Assembly (NCBI GenBank): GCA_046262595.1
Contig: JBHEMM010000011.1
Span: 36,823 to 62,487, forward strand
DNA length: 25,665 nucleotides
Direction of reading: 5' to 3'
DNA from: Vulcanimicrobiaceae bacterium
GTDB taxonomy: Bacteria > Vulcanimicrobiota > Vulcanimicrobiia > Vulcanimicrobiales > Vulcanimicrobiaceae
Shown one piece after another: positions 15,222 through 24,379 of the stretch. The translations under genes were made by a program, and so were the position numbers. Position 1 is the stretch's first letter; the number at the start of each line of letters is the position of its first letter. The notes beneath the pieces are model-generated. The model ran no database searches, was not told the DNA's origin, and saw only the letters and a list, made by a program, of their open reading frames with translations.

Positions 15222-18200
15222 AACGTTCGGATTTAAAACATTTGCGGAGCCGACCACGCTCGAGTTCGGCGGCGGCATTACGGCTATCGTCGGACCGAAC
15301 GGTTCGGGCAAGTCGAATTTGATCGATGCGTTCCGCTGGGTGCTCGGCGAGCAGAGCAGCAAGAGTCTGCGTTCGGGCAAGATGGAAGACGTCATCTTCA
15401 TCGGCAACGATCAGCGCAAGCCGCTCGGTTTGGCGGAAGTTTCCATCACGTTCGACAACAGCGACCGCAAGCTGCCGATCGACTTCGCGGAAGTGGAGAT
15501 CACGCGCCGCGCGTACCGCGTCGGCGAGATCGAGTATTACATCAACCGCAATCAATGCCGGCTGCGCGATATCATGGACCTGCTGATGGGCACGGGCCTT
15601 GGACCCGGATCGTATTCCATCGTCTCGCAGGGCCAGATCGATCAGATCCTCACCAGCAAACCGGCGGACCGGCGCGCGCTGTTCGAAGAAACCGCCGGCA
15701 TCAATAAGTTTCTCGCGCGCAAGAATGAATCGCTGCGCCGGCTCGAGCAGACGGAACAGAATGCCATCCGCATCAACGATCTGATCTCGGAGCTCGAACG
15801 GCGGATTCCGGAATTGGATACGCAGGTCCGGCGCGCGAAGCGTTACCGCAAGCTCTCCGCCCGCGTGCGCGACATCGAGATTCTTTCCTACCTGCGCGCC
15901 GGCGCATCCCGCCGCGCGGAACGTGAAGCGCTCAAAGCCGAACTCGAGCGCAACGAAGAAGCACGCGGCAATGCCGCGGCGCAGGCGGCACTGCTAGGTG
16001 CGAATCTGGCGCAGGCGCGCACGAACGCCTATCAGCAGGAGCTCGAGGTCGAAGAAGAGCGCACGCGGGGTCAGGAGCTGCGTGCGAAGCTCGCGCGCCT
16101 GGAGGCGGATTATGCCGCGGCGTTAGCTCGGCGCGGCGCGCTCGAAGCGCAAAGTACGCAAACGTCGCAAGACGCCGATCGCGTCGCCCGCGAACGCGAA
16201 GCGCTGCGAACGGCGATCGCCGGGCTCCAGGCCAAGATCGAACCCCTGCAGGCGCAGCTCGAGTCGGCGCGTGCGGACGAACTCGCGGCGCAGACGGCGC
16301 TCGCGCAGGCCCGCGGCGAACTGGATGCGATCTTCACCAAACTGCGGCAAGTCGAAGCCGCTGCTTCCGAACGTGCCGCGCGCAAAGCCGAACGCCGCGT
16401 GCAGCGCGAAAATGCGCGCTCCGAAGCCGGGCGCCTCGAAGAAGCGTCGGCATCAGCGCGTGCGCATGCCGAACAGCTGGAAATCGCAGCAGGGGCGGCG
16501 GCACACCGGTTCACGGAACGCGAAGCGCAGCTGGCGCAGCTCGAAAGCCGGTTTGCCGATGCCGGCACGCGCGCCGAAGAAGCCGAGCGCAGCGCGGCAG
16601 CGGCGCAAACCGGCCTGGCGCACGCGCAGACGGCGCACGGTGAGTACTCGAGCGCCGTTGCGGCGGCGCAGTCCCGGCTGCACACCATCGAAGAGCTGGA
16701 GAACTCGCTCGAAGGGCACGTACCCGGAACGCGCGCGGTGGTTGAGGCGTGGCAGCGCAACGAGCTTCGCGGGATCGAAGGCATTGTCTCCAATTTGATC
16801 ACCACGGAGGAGCCGTACGCGCGTGCGATGGACGTCGCGTTCGGAGCGCGGCTCTCGAACATTATTACAGCCACCTCGGAAGATGCCGAACGGGCCATCG
16901 AGTATCTGAACACCAAAGAGCTCGGGCGTGCGACGTTCTTGCCCCTCGACACGCTGCAGAACCGCACCGGCAAAGAGCTTTCCGCGGAGCTGCGCGCGGC
17001 GCGCGGCGTGCTGGGCTACGCGCACACGCTGATCCGCACGCAGCCGCAGTACGAGTCGATCGTCCGCTTTCTTGTCGGCAGTGTCCTCGTTGTGGACACG
17101 CTGCAAACCGGCATCGACTTGGTGCGCGGGCGCGGCCTTCGCGATACGATCGTGACGCTTTCCGGCGAGCAGATCGCCGGCGGCGGTGCAATCACGGGCG
17201 GCCGCTACCAGCGCGAGCGTTCGATTCTTTCGCGGCGCGTGCAGGCGCAGACGCTGCGCGAACAGTTGGCGCAGATGCGCGAGCAGCTGGCGCAGCTCGA
17301 GGACGACGTGCGCGTTTCGGCGCGGGCTTTCGAAGACGCCGGTTCGCAGCGCGATGCGGCTCGCGCGGCGCTCGCGCGCGCGGAGGTCGAGCTCACCGAA
17401 GTGCGCGGCGAGATGGCAGGCGCCGCCGCCGAGGCCGAGCGCATCCAGCGCGAGTACGAGACAGCCCGGACGAATGCGAGCGAATCCCACGCCCAGGCGC
17501 AAGCGGCGCGGGAACGCGAGCGCGCGTTCGATGACGGACTTCCCGAGGATGGGCGCGGCGACGAACAGCGCGCACGCTTGGAAGACGATCTGGCCCGCGC
17601 GCGCGAGCACATCGGCTCGGCCGAAGCGTTTCAAGCGCAGGCGTCCTCGCGTGCCGCCGATTTGCGCGAACAGGCGGCCGCGCTCGGCGCCGAGCGCGAT
17701 GGGGCGCGGGCCCGTTTGGGCATCATCGACCTCGACACGGAACGCGCTGCGGCGGCGCGCGAAGCGATGGCGCAAGAGATCGCCTCGCTCACCGCGCAGA
17801 CGGCGCAGTCGTCCCGGACGTTGCACGAGCTGCGCGAACAGGTGCGCGAATGCGACGCGCAATTCGAAGCCGCGCGCAAGCGGCGTGAAGCGCTCGCCGA
17901 CGACGTCACCAAACTCGAGGCGGATCTGCGGTCGGCCGAGATTGCCGAACGCGAAGCGCAAACCGGCGGCGAGCGTCACCGCACGCGCCTGGCGGAGATC
18001 GAAGCAGAGCTCGGGATGCTTGTCTCGCAGTTCGCGCAGAACCCGGCGAGCGAAGACGAGTGCCGGGAGGTGGAAGAACGGTATCGGACCGAGCCCGACG
18101 CGCTGGCCGACGACCTGCCTCGACTGCGCGAAGAACTTGCGCGCCTCTCAAACGTGAATTTGAATGCCGAGGCGGATCGCGAAGAGCTCGCGCAGCGCGA

Positions 18201-18771
18201 GCAGTTCTTGCGCGAACAGCTTGACGATCTTTCGAAGGCCCGTGAAACGCTGCTGCAGTCGATCCGCGAAATTGAGCAGCAGTCGCAAACCAAGTTCAAC
18301 GAAACCTTCGATCAGGTCTGCGCGGCGTTCACGCAGATGTATGGGCGTCTGTTCCCCGGCGGCACCGCGAAGATGTGGCAGACGAACCCGGAGAATCTCT
18401 CGGAAACCGGTATCGAGATCTCCGTGCAGCCGCCGGGCAAAAAGCTCATGCCGCTGCCGACGCTTTCCGGCGGCGAGCGCGCGATGACCGCTGCGGCGCT
18501 GATCTTCGCGCTGATCAAGGTCCGCCCGTCACCGTTTTATCTGCTCGACGAGGTGGACGCCGCACTCGATGACGCGAACATCGAGCGCTTTTCGAGCATG
18601 GTGCGCGAGATGGCGGGCAACTCCCAGATGGTGATCGTCACGCACAACAAGCAGACGATGGAACTGGCCGATCGCATGTACGGCGTGACGATGGGTGAAG
18701 CGGGCGTGAGCACGATCATCTCGGCGGAGTTGACGCAAAGGGAACGCGAGCCGGAGCCCGCGATTGCCTGA
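15202..18771 (+). CDS. smc: Chromosome segregation protein SMC
   Basis: GFKTF, Walker A GPNGSGKSN, coiled coils, hinge GRATFLPL, signature LSGGE, Walker B LLDEVDAALD. ATG at 15202. Confidence 0.97.
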   Translation: MQLKKIKTFGFKTFAEPTTLEFGGGITAIVGPNGSGKSNLIDAFRWVLGEQSSKSLRSGKMEDVIFIGNDQRKPLGLAEVSITFDNSDRKLPIDFAEVEITRRAYRVGEIEYYINRNQCRLRDIMDLLMGTGLGPGSYSIVSQGQIDQILTSKPADRRALFEETAGINKFLARKNESLRRLEQTEQNAIRINDLISELERRIPELDTQVRRAKRYRKLSARVRDIEILSYLRAGASRRAEREALKAELERNEEARGNAAAQAALLGANLAQARTNAYQQELEVEEERTRGQELRAKLARLEADYAAALARRGALEAQSTQTSQDADRVAREREALRTAIAGLQAKIEPLQAQLESARADELAAQTALAQARGELDAIFTKLRQVEAAASERAARKAERRVQRENARSEAGRLEEASASARAHAEQLEIAAGAAAHRFTEREAQLAQLESRFADAGTRAEEAERSAAAAQTGLAHAQTAHGEYSSAVAAAQSRLHTIEELENSLEGHVPGTRAVVEAWQRNELRGIEGIVSNLITTEEPYARAMDVAFGARLSNIITATSEDAERAIEYLNTKELGRATFLPLDTLQNRTGKELSAELRAARGVLGYAHTLIRTQPQYESIVRFLVGSVLVVDTLQTGIDLVRGRGLRDTIVTLSGEQIAGGGAITGGRYQRERSILSRRVQAQTLREQLAQMREQLAQLEDDVRVSARAFEDAGSQRDAARAALARAEVELTEVRGEMAGAAAEAERIQREYETARTNASESHAQAQAARERERAFDDGLPEDGRGDEQRARLEDDLARAREHIGSAEAFQAQASSRAADLREQAAALGAERDGARARLGIIDLDTERAAAAREAMAQEIASLTAQTAQSSRTLHELREQVRECDAQFEAARKRREALADDVTKLEADLRSAEIAEREAQTGGERHRTRLAEIEAELGMLVSQFAQNPASEDECREVEERYRTEPDALADDLPRLREELARLSNVNLNAEADREELAQREQFLREQLDDLSKARETLLQSIREIEQQSQTKFNETFDQVCAAFTQMYGRLFPGGTAKMWQTNPENLSETGIEISVQPPGKKLMPLPTLSGGERAMTAAALIFALIKVRPSPFYLLDEVDAALDDANIERFSSMVREMAGNSQMVIVTHNKQTMELADRMYGVTMGEAGVSTIISAELTQREREPEPAIA

Positions 18772-20326
18772 CGCCGCGCTTTTCTCGCTCTCGGATAAAA
18801 CCGGAGCGGCCGAAGTGGCAAAGGCGCTCGCAGAGCGCGGCACGGCAATCTACGCTACGGGGGGCACGCGCGCGTTCTTGGCCCGGCACGGCATCGAAGC
18901 GCGCGATGTTGGCGATCTCACGGGCTTCCCGGCCCTTTTCGGCGGGCGCGTGAAGACGCTGCACCCCAAAGTGTTCGGCGCCATCCTGTACGATCGCGAC
19001 AAGGCGGACCATTGCGCGGAAGCGCGCCACTATGCCATCGCCGATCTCCGCACGCTCGTCGTCAATCTGTATCCGTTTGAGGCGACCGTCGCCCAAAACG
19101 GAACGGCGCTCGCCGAAGCGATCGAGCAGATCGACATCGGCGGCGTCTCACTCCTTCGCGCCGCGGCTAAGAATTTCGCGCACGTTTGCATCTTGAGCCA
19201 CCCTTCGCAGTACGCGCCGTTTCTGCAAGCGGTTACGCAGGGCGGTTTGGACGCGAATGCGCGCCGCCGGCTGGCGGTCGCGGCGTTCGAGCGCACGGCG
19301 CAATACGATGCGGCGATCGCGCGCTATCTGGAGACCGGCGGCGAACTGCTGCCCAGCGAACTGCCCGGCGCACTCACGCTTACGATGCCGCTCGCGCAGC
19401 CGCTGCGCTACGGAGAAAACCCCCAACTGCGCGCCGCCTTTTACGTGCAAGATCGCTCGGCGCTTCCCGAGCAGCTGCACGGCAAAGAACTCTCGTATAA
19501 CAATCTGCTCGATCTCGATGCGACGCTGCGGCTGCTCTCGCGCGCTCCTATCGGCGCGGAGTTCGGCTCGGAAAGCGAACGCTTCGTGCGCGCGGCGATA
19601 GTCAAACACACGGTCCCGTGCGGCGTCGCACAACGATCCGCAGTGGAAAAAGCGGTGCGCGATGCGCTCGAGGCCGATCCCGTGTCCGCGTTCGGCGGCA
19701 TTATCGCCGTGGACGCGCCGATCGATGCGCCGACCGCGCAAGCGCTTTCGTCACATTTTCTCGAGATCGTGGCCGCGCCCCGATTCGACGCTGCGGCACT
19801 CGCGCTGCTGAAAAAGAAAAAAAATCTGCGCATCATGCGCTTTGCCGACGGACTGCCGGAGAAGCTTCAGCGCGAGCTGTTGCTGCGCAGTGCCCTGGGC
19901 GGGGTTCTCGCGGAGGAAGAAGACCGCACGTTCGAGGCCGAGTCGTGGCGCGTGGTCAGTCTGCGGCAACCGCAGCCCCAGGAGTGGCACGATCTCGCAT
20001 TCGCCTGGGACGTGGTGCGGCACGTGAAGAGCAACGGCGTCGTGATTGCCAAGGGCGGCGCCACGCGCGGCATCTGCGCGGGCCAGACGAACCGGGTGAG
20101 CGCCGTGTCGATTGCGGGCGCGCGGGCCGGAGCGAACGCCGCCGGCGCGGCATGTGCGAGCGATGGCTTCTTCCCATTTCCCGACGGCTTGGAAGAGGCC
20201 GCCAAAGCCGGGTGCGCGGCGATCATCGCACCGGAAGGATCGGTGCGCGATTCCGAGGTGATCGCAGCGGCGGACCGGCTCCGCGTCTCCCTCGTCTTTT
20301 CGACGCACCGGTATTTCCTGCACTAA
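18764..20326 (+). CDS. purH: Bifunctional AICAR transformylase/IMP cyclohydrolase
   Basis: SLSDKTG, GGRVKTLHP, IDIGG...RAAAKN, LRYGENP, GKELSYNNLLD, HVKSN, ASDGFFPFPD. Confidence 0.97.
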   Translation: MPDAALFSLSDKTGAAEVAKALAERGTAIYATGGTRAFLARHGIEARDVGDLTGFPALFGGRVKTLHPKVFGAILYDRDKADHCAEARHYAIADLRTLVVNLYPFEATVAQNGTALAEAIEQIDIGGVSLLRAAAKNFAHVCILSHPSQYAPFLQAVTQGGLDANARRRLAVAAFERTAQYDAAIARYLETGGELLPSELPGALTLTMPLAQPLRYGENPQLRAAFYVQDRSALPEQLHGKELSYNNLLDLDATLRLLSRAPIGAEFGSESERFVRAAIVKHTVPCGVAQRSAVEKAVRDALEADPVSAFGGIIAVDAPIDAPTAQALSSHFLEIVAAPRFDAAALALLKKKKNLRIMRFADGLPEKLQRELLLRSALGGVLAEEEDRTFEAESWRVVSLRQPQPQEWHDLAFAWDVVRHVKSNGVVIAKGGATRGICAGQTNRVSAVSIAGARAGANAAGAACASDGFFPFPDGLEEAAKAGCAAIIAPEGSVRDSEVIAAADRLRVSLVFSTHRYFLH

Positions 20327-20333
20327 GAGGCTT

Positions 20334-20358
20334 GCGGAGATAATGCGAGTATCTCCGC
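20334..20358. promoter_or_regulatory. Perfect 9-bp inverted repeat (candidate operator or hairpin)
   Basis: GCGGAGATA-N7-TATCTCCGC, ending 3 nt before the GTG at 20362. Overlaps GATAAT (20339-20344); no U-tract. Confidence 0.6.
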
Positions 20359-20361
20359 GTC

Positions 20362-21144
20362 GTGCAGTCAATCTACGGATTTCCGTTCGACCGGCCCGTC
20401 GTGGCAGCGGCCGTTACGAGCGCTCGTGCGGCCCGTTCTCGACTCGAAACACTCGTCACCGGCGCACTTTACTCTTGGCCGCAGGCGGGCGAGCCCGTCA
20501 CGCGCGCGGACGCCGGTCCTCTGGACGGCCGATACGTCGTGGAGCGCGGGCCCGCGATGCAGGCGTTCGCGGCGTGGTTCGACGGCCCGACGGCAGCCGT
20601 TCAGCACGACGTGCTGCGCAGCGGCCTTGCGTATCTGTGGCTTCGGCTCATGCCGCTGTCCGAACAGCCCGGCCCGGCCTTTGCCGCCGAGATCGTTGAC
20701 CGCTCGTTCGACCGTTCGTGCAAAACCGGGCGCCGCTTTTTCGTGATGTCCCAGCAGTTGGCCGGCGAACGCGAAGTGCGTGAGATGGCGCTCGCGGCGG
20801 TCCCGCCGCTGCCGAACGGCGGCGAAGCCACTGCATGGCTTTGCTGGTTTTGCGGCTGCTACGAACGCGCGCTTTGCCTAGCGGCACAAGCGATCGCGGG
20901 GGGTGCAAGGCGGGCGGCGTTTTGGACCGCGTATCGCGGGTACGCGTTTAATGCGCGGCAACGGGCGCTCGTGGGCGATCTGCTGCACGCGCGGATCGAA
21001 ACCGTGACCGCCAAAGACCTGGCGCTGCAATCAGCCGTGTCCGTCGATACGGCGACGCGAGATTTGAATGCGCTGCAGCGCGCGGGCATACTCGGGCGGC
21101 GCGGCAGCGCGCGCAGCACGCGCTTCGTGCTTGAAAAGGAGTGA
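20362..21144 (+). CDS. Degenerate Fic-family (DUF4172-type) protein with C-terminal DeoR-like winged HTH
   Basis: C-terminus 'FW...FNARQRAL...VSVDTATRDLNALQRAGIL...GSARSTRF' is typical of Fic-HTH proteins. The position of the Fic motif reads 'AYLWLRLMPLSEQPG' instead of 'AHLWFxxIHPFxDGNGR'. Confidence 0.65.
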   Translation: MQSIYGFPFDRPVVAAAVTSARAARSRLETLVTGALYSWPQAGEPVTRADAGPLDGRYVVERGPAMQAFAAWFDGPTAAVQHDVLRSGLAYLWLRLMPLSEQPGPAFAAEIVDRSFDRSCKTGRRFFVMSQQLAGEREVREMALAAVPPLPNGGEATAWLCWFCGCYERALCLAAQAIAGGARRAAFWTAYRGYAFNARQRALVGDLLHARIETVTAKDLALQSAVSVDTATRDLNALQRAGILGRRGSARSTRFVLEKE

Positions 21145-21148
21145 ACCG

Positions 21149-21544
21149 GTGCCGCGGTATCTTCATACGTCGATCTTCGTGAACGACATGCAGCAGTCGA
21201 TCGACTTTTACACGGGCACGCTGGGCATGAAGCTGCTGGACGGGCCGTACCATTATCCCGGCAATGCCGACATGGCGTTCGTCGGCGATTCGTGGGATGC
21301 GTACATCGAGCTCGTTTACGACTTGGAAGATCACCCGCCGTACGCATTGGGCAGCCGTTACGAGCATCTGGCCATTGAAGTGGAGGGTGACTTGCATGAA
21401 TACGTGGAGCGGATCAGACAGCAAGGCGTCAAGATCGTCAAGGACGTGAAGAAATCGCCCGGCGGTTCGCGCGCCATCGCCTTTATCGAAGATCCGAACG
21501 GCATTCCGGTCGAACTGCTCGAGCCGCGCGGTGCGCAGCCCTAG
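21149..21544 (+). CDS. VOC/glyoxalase I family protein (lactoylglutathione lyase-like)
   Basis: AAGGAG SD then GTG at 21149. Metal-ligand pattern in YLHT, IELVY, HLAIEV and AFIEDPNGIPVEL. Confidence 0.88.
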   Translation: MPRYLHTSIFVNDMQQSIDFYTGTLGMKLLDGPYHYPGNADMAFVGDSWDAYIELVYDLEDHPPYALGSRYEHLAIEVEGDLHEYVERIRQQGVKIVKDVKKSPGGSRAIAFIEDPNGIPVELLEPRGAQP

Positions 21545-22620
21545 CGGTAGACGAACGGGTCGGACGGCGGCGCAATCGCTTGCAGTGATGCCGCATCCAG
21601 CGCCAGGCTGCCGTCGCGCATGCGCAGCACGCCGCGCGCGCGAACCCAACCGCGCAGCTGCGGCCGCGCGCGCTGCAGCCGAATCACGACCGGCGCCGCA
21701 TCGGCCCGGCAGCATGTGATGGCGTAACGCACGAGCGTCGTGGCAAGGCCGGTCTGCGTCGCCATCCCGGTAAAGTCCACGCGTTCGCCGGCAAAGGCTT
21801 GTGCGAGCGAGGTTTCGGTCGCGTGATACGGCGGCGGCGGCGCCGCGATCAGTGCGCCGCACAGCATCAGCGCAGGAGCGGCGCGAAGCCGCGCGCACCG
21901 CGCGGTGCGGTGGCGGATCGCATACGCCGCACAAGCGCACGCGCCGGCAAGAAGCAGCACGCCCAAAGACGGATGAACCAGCTGCGCGCCGCCGCGCAAG
22001 CCCGCAATACCGCATGCGCCGGCGAGCAGCAGATACGCGAAGGCGTCGTGTTCGGGGTGCGCGTGCGAGCCGCCTGAAAACAGCGCGCGCGCATCGGCGA
22101 TGCCGGCGACACACAAGAATCCGGCGGCGAAGAACGGATACGGGCCGTGCAGCGCTGCAGCGAACGTCACAGCTCCGAGCGCGCACGGAGCGCCGATAAA
22201 CCCGGCGAACAACCCGGCCGCGAATTGCGGCACATTGCCCGCATGCATGCCCAATAGCATGGGCGAGAACAATGCGCCAAGCGCGGCGCAGCAGGCCGAA
22301 GGCAGGAGCGCGAAGAGCTGCGCGGCGGGCGGCGCGTGCGCGCCCGAGCAGAACCGCGCGCCGTTCAAAGCACGCCGGACGGCGATTCCGGCGGCCAGGC
22401 GCACGACCGCCGCGGCCGGGCCGAAGAGCAGCGCTGTCACAGCTGCGGCGGGCAATGAAACCGCGGAAGGCCCCGCCCCACACCCGCATCCCAGGTACGG
22501 AACCAACCGCGATGCCCGCGCAAACGGCAGCTGCGCGACCAGCGCCGCCGCGAGGATGAAGGGGACGCTTTCAAATAACGCCGCTGCAGACGTTGCGATG
22601 AATGCGCTCCCCACGGACAT
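21541..22620 (-). CDS. Membrane protein: DUF318-permease-like N-terminus fused to DUF1980/TIGR03943-like C-terminus
   Basis: Many TM helices; 'ALFESVPFILAAALVA' and 'GCGCG' (DUF318-like); C-terminal 'FAGERVDFTG...LVRYAITCCRADA...WVRARG...IAPPSDPFVY' (DUF1980-like). Confidence 0.7.
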   Translation of the reverse strand: MSVGSAFIATSAAALFESVPFILAAALVAQLPFARASRLVPYLGCGCGAGPSAVSLPAAAVTALLFGPAAAVVRLAAGIAVRRALNGARFCSGAHAPPAAQLFALLPSACCAALGALFSPMLLGMHAGNVPQFAAGLFAGFIGAPCALGAVTFAAALHGPYPFFAAGFLCVAGIADARALFSGGSHAHPEHDAFAYLLLAGACGIAGLRGGAQLVHPSLGVLLLAGACACAAYAIRHRTARCARLRAAPALMLCGALIAAPPPPYHATETSLAQAFAGERVDFTGMATQTGLATTLVRYAITCCRADAAPVVIRLQRARPQLRGWVRARGVLRMRDGSLALDAASLQAIAPPSDPFVYR

Positions 22621-22632
22621 CCTTCACGCGCA

Positions 22633-22665
22633 GGTCGGGCTTCCGCTAGTGCGAAGCCAGCGACC
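22633..22665. promoter_or_regulatory. Imperfect inverted repeat in the divergent permease/hisS intergenic region
   Basis: GGTCG-GGCTTC-c-GC-tagt-GC-GAAGCC-ag-CGACC. Confidence 0.4.
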
Positions 22666-22667
22666 CT

Positions 22668-23939
22668 ATGGCATCCACGATCGTCGCGCCGCGCGGCACG
22701 CAGGACATCTTCCCGCCGCAAAGCGGGCGCTGGCAAGAGCTGGAGTCGCGCATTCACGTTTTGGCGCGCCGCTACGGCTACGGCGAGATGCGCACACCGC
22801 TGTTCGAGTCCACGGATTTGTTCGTTCGCGGCGTCGGCGAGCTCACGGACATCGTCGAAAAAGAGATGTACACGTTCAAGGACAAGAGCGATCGTTCGAT
22901 GACGCTGCGCCCGGAGTGGACCGCGCCGGTGGTGCGTGCCGCACTGCAGCACAATTTAATCCAGCAGGGCAGCGCACAGCGGCTGTATTACATCGGACCG
23001 ATCTTCCGCTACGAGCGGCCGCAGGCCGGCCGTTTCCGCCAAGCGCATCAGTTCGGCATCGAGTGCATCGGCTTCAAAGGCCCGCAGGCCGACGTTGAAG
23101 TGATCGCGATGGCGATGCATCTGTTCCGCTCGTACGGTATCGACGTTACGCTCAATCTCAATTCGATTGGTGACGCCGCATGCCGCCCCGCGTACCGCGA
23201 AGCGCTGCTCGCGCATTTCCGGCCGAATCTTGCGCACCTGAGTGAGGACTCGCAGCGCCGCCTGGAGCGCAATCCGCTGCGGCTGCTCGACAGCAAAGAG
23301 CCCGAGGATCGGGCGTTCTTGAATACCGCGCCGACATTCGAGCAATACTTGTGCGCGGAATGCAGCGAGCATTTCGAGGCCGTGAAGAAGTACTTGACGC
23401 AGATCGCGGTGCCGTTCACCATCAATCCGCGCACGGTGCGCGGCTTGGATTATTACACGCGCACGGTATTCGAGTTCACCAGCGACGCCCTCGGCGCGCA
23501 GAGCACCGTTTGCGCGGGCGGAAGATACGACGACTTGATCCGCTCGCTGGGCGGCCCCGATACGCCCTCGGTCGGCTTCGCGCTCGGTCAAGAGCGTCTG
23601 CTCATGACGATCGAAGCGGCATCCGGTCCCCGCGAGGCGCAGCGCGCCGGAATTCAACTCGTGCCGCTGGGCGACGCCGCGCGCGAACTGCTCGTGACCA
23701 TGTGTTCGCTGCTGCGTTACTCCATGGACGTGCCGGTGTTCATGGACTACGAGGACCGCAAGCTGCTCGCGCATCTGAAGATCGCGGACCGCAACAATGC
23801 GCGCTATGCGCTGATCCTGGGCAGCGAAGAGATCGCCGGGGGCCAGGCCCTGCTGCGCGACCTAACGGAGCGGACAGACCGCCCGCTTGCGCTCGGAAAA
23901 GACCTCGTACCGTCTTTAGGAGAACTGTTGCAGGCATGA
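22668..23939 (+). CDS. hisS: Histidine--tRNA ligase
   Basis: PRGTQD, TPLFE, KEMYTFKD, LRPEWTA, FRYERPQAGRFRQ, RGLDYY, GGRYD. Confidence 0.98.
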   Translation: MASTIVAPRGTQDIFPPQSGRWQELESRIHVLARRYGYGEMRTPLFESTDLFVRGVGELTDIVEKEMYTFKDKSDRSMTLRPEWTAPVVRAALQHNLIQQGSAQRLYYIGPIFRYERPQAGRFRQAHQFGIECIGFKGPQADVEVIAMAMHLFRSYGIDVTLNLNSIGDAACRPAYREALLAHFRPNLAHLSEDSQRRLERNPLRLLDSKEPEDRAFLNTAPTFEQYLCAECSEHFEAVKKYLTQIAVPFTINPRTVRGLDYYTRTVFEFTSDALGAQSTVCAGGRYDDLIRSLGGPDTPSVGFALGQERLLMTIEAASGPREAQRAGIQLVPLGDAARELLVTMCSLLRYSMDVPVFMDYEDRKLLAHLKIADRNNARYALILGSEEIAGGQALLRDLTERTDRPLALGKDLVPSLGELLQA

Positions 23940-24379
23940 ACAGCGACCAGCCGACGCCTGAGACGCAAACGATCAAAGAATTGCTGGAAGTCATGCACGA
24001 GCACGACTTGGATGCGATCAAAGTCAAGGTGCGAGGCAAGATCTTCGAACTGGTGCGACGCGAGGGCGGGTCGCCTGCCGCGCCTTCTGCGGGGCCCGCC
24101 GCACCCGCGCCCGTGCTGCCCGCATCCGGCGCTCCTGCAAACGCGAAAAAGATTATCGCGCCGCTCGTCGGGGTGTTTTACCGCTCGGCATCGCCCGATT
24201 CCGAGCCGTTCGTCAAGATCGGCGACCGCGTCGAAGCGGGGCAAGTGGTGTGCATCTTGGAGGCGATGAAGCTGTTCAACGAGATCACGAGCGACTACTC
24301 GGGGGTGCTCGCGCGCATCATTCCGGAGAACGGCGAACTCGTCTCGCTCGGTCAGGAAATGTTTTGGATAGAACCGTAG
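23936..24379 (+). CDS. accB: Biotin carboxyl carrier protein of acetyl-CoA carboxylase
   Basis: ATGA overlap with hisS; Pro/Ala linker; APLVGVFYRS; EAMKLFNEI biotinylation motif. Confidence 0.95.
   Translation: MNSDQPTPETQTIKELLEVMHEHDLDAIKVKVRGKIFELVRREGGSPAAPSAGPAAPAPVLPASGAPANAKKIIAPLVGVFYRSASPDSEPFVKIGDRVEAGQVVCILEAMKLFNEITSDYSGVLARIIPENGELVSLGQEMFWIEP

Noticed and set aside
15900..18250. Repetitive GCGC/GAG-rich DNA in smc
   Set aside because: Reflects Ala/Glu/Arg coiled-coil coding, not a DNA repeat array.
19811..19824. A-rich run in purH as a slippage site
   Set aside because: Encodes the KKKKN(LR) segment usual in PurH.
20948..22489. 513-aa minus-strand ORF
   Set aside because: Arg/Ala-rich alternative frame overlapping three better-supported genes.
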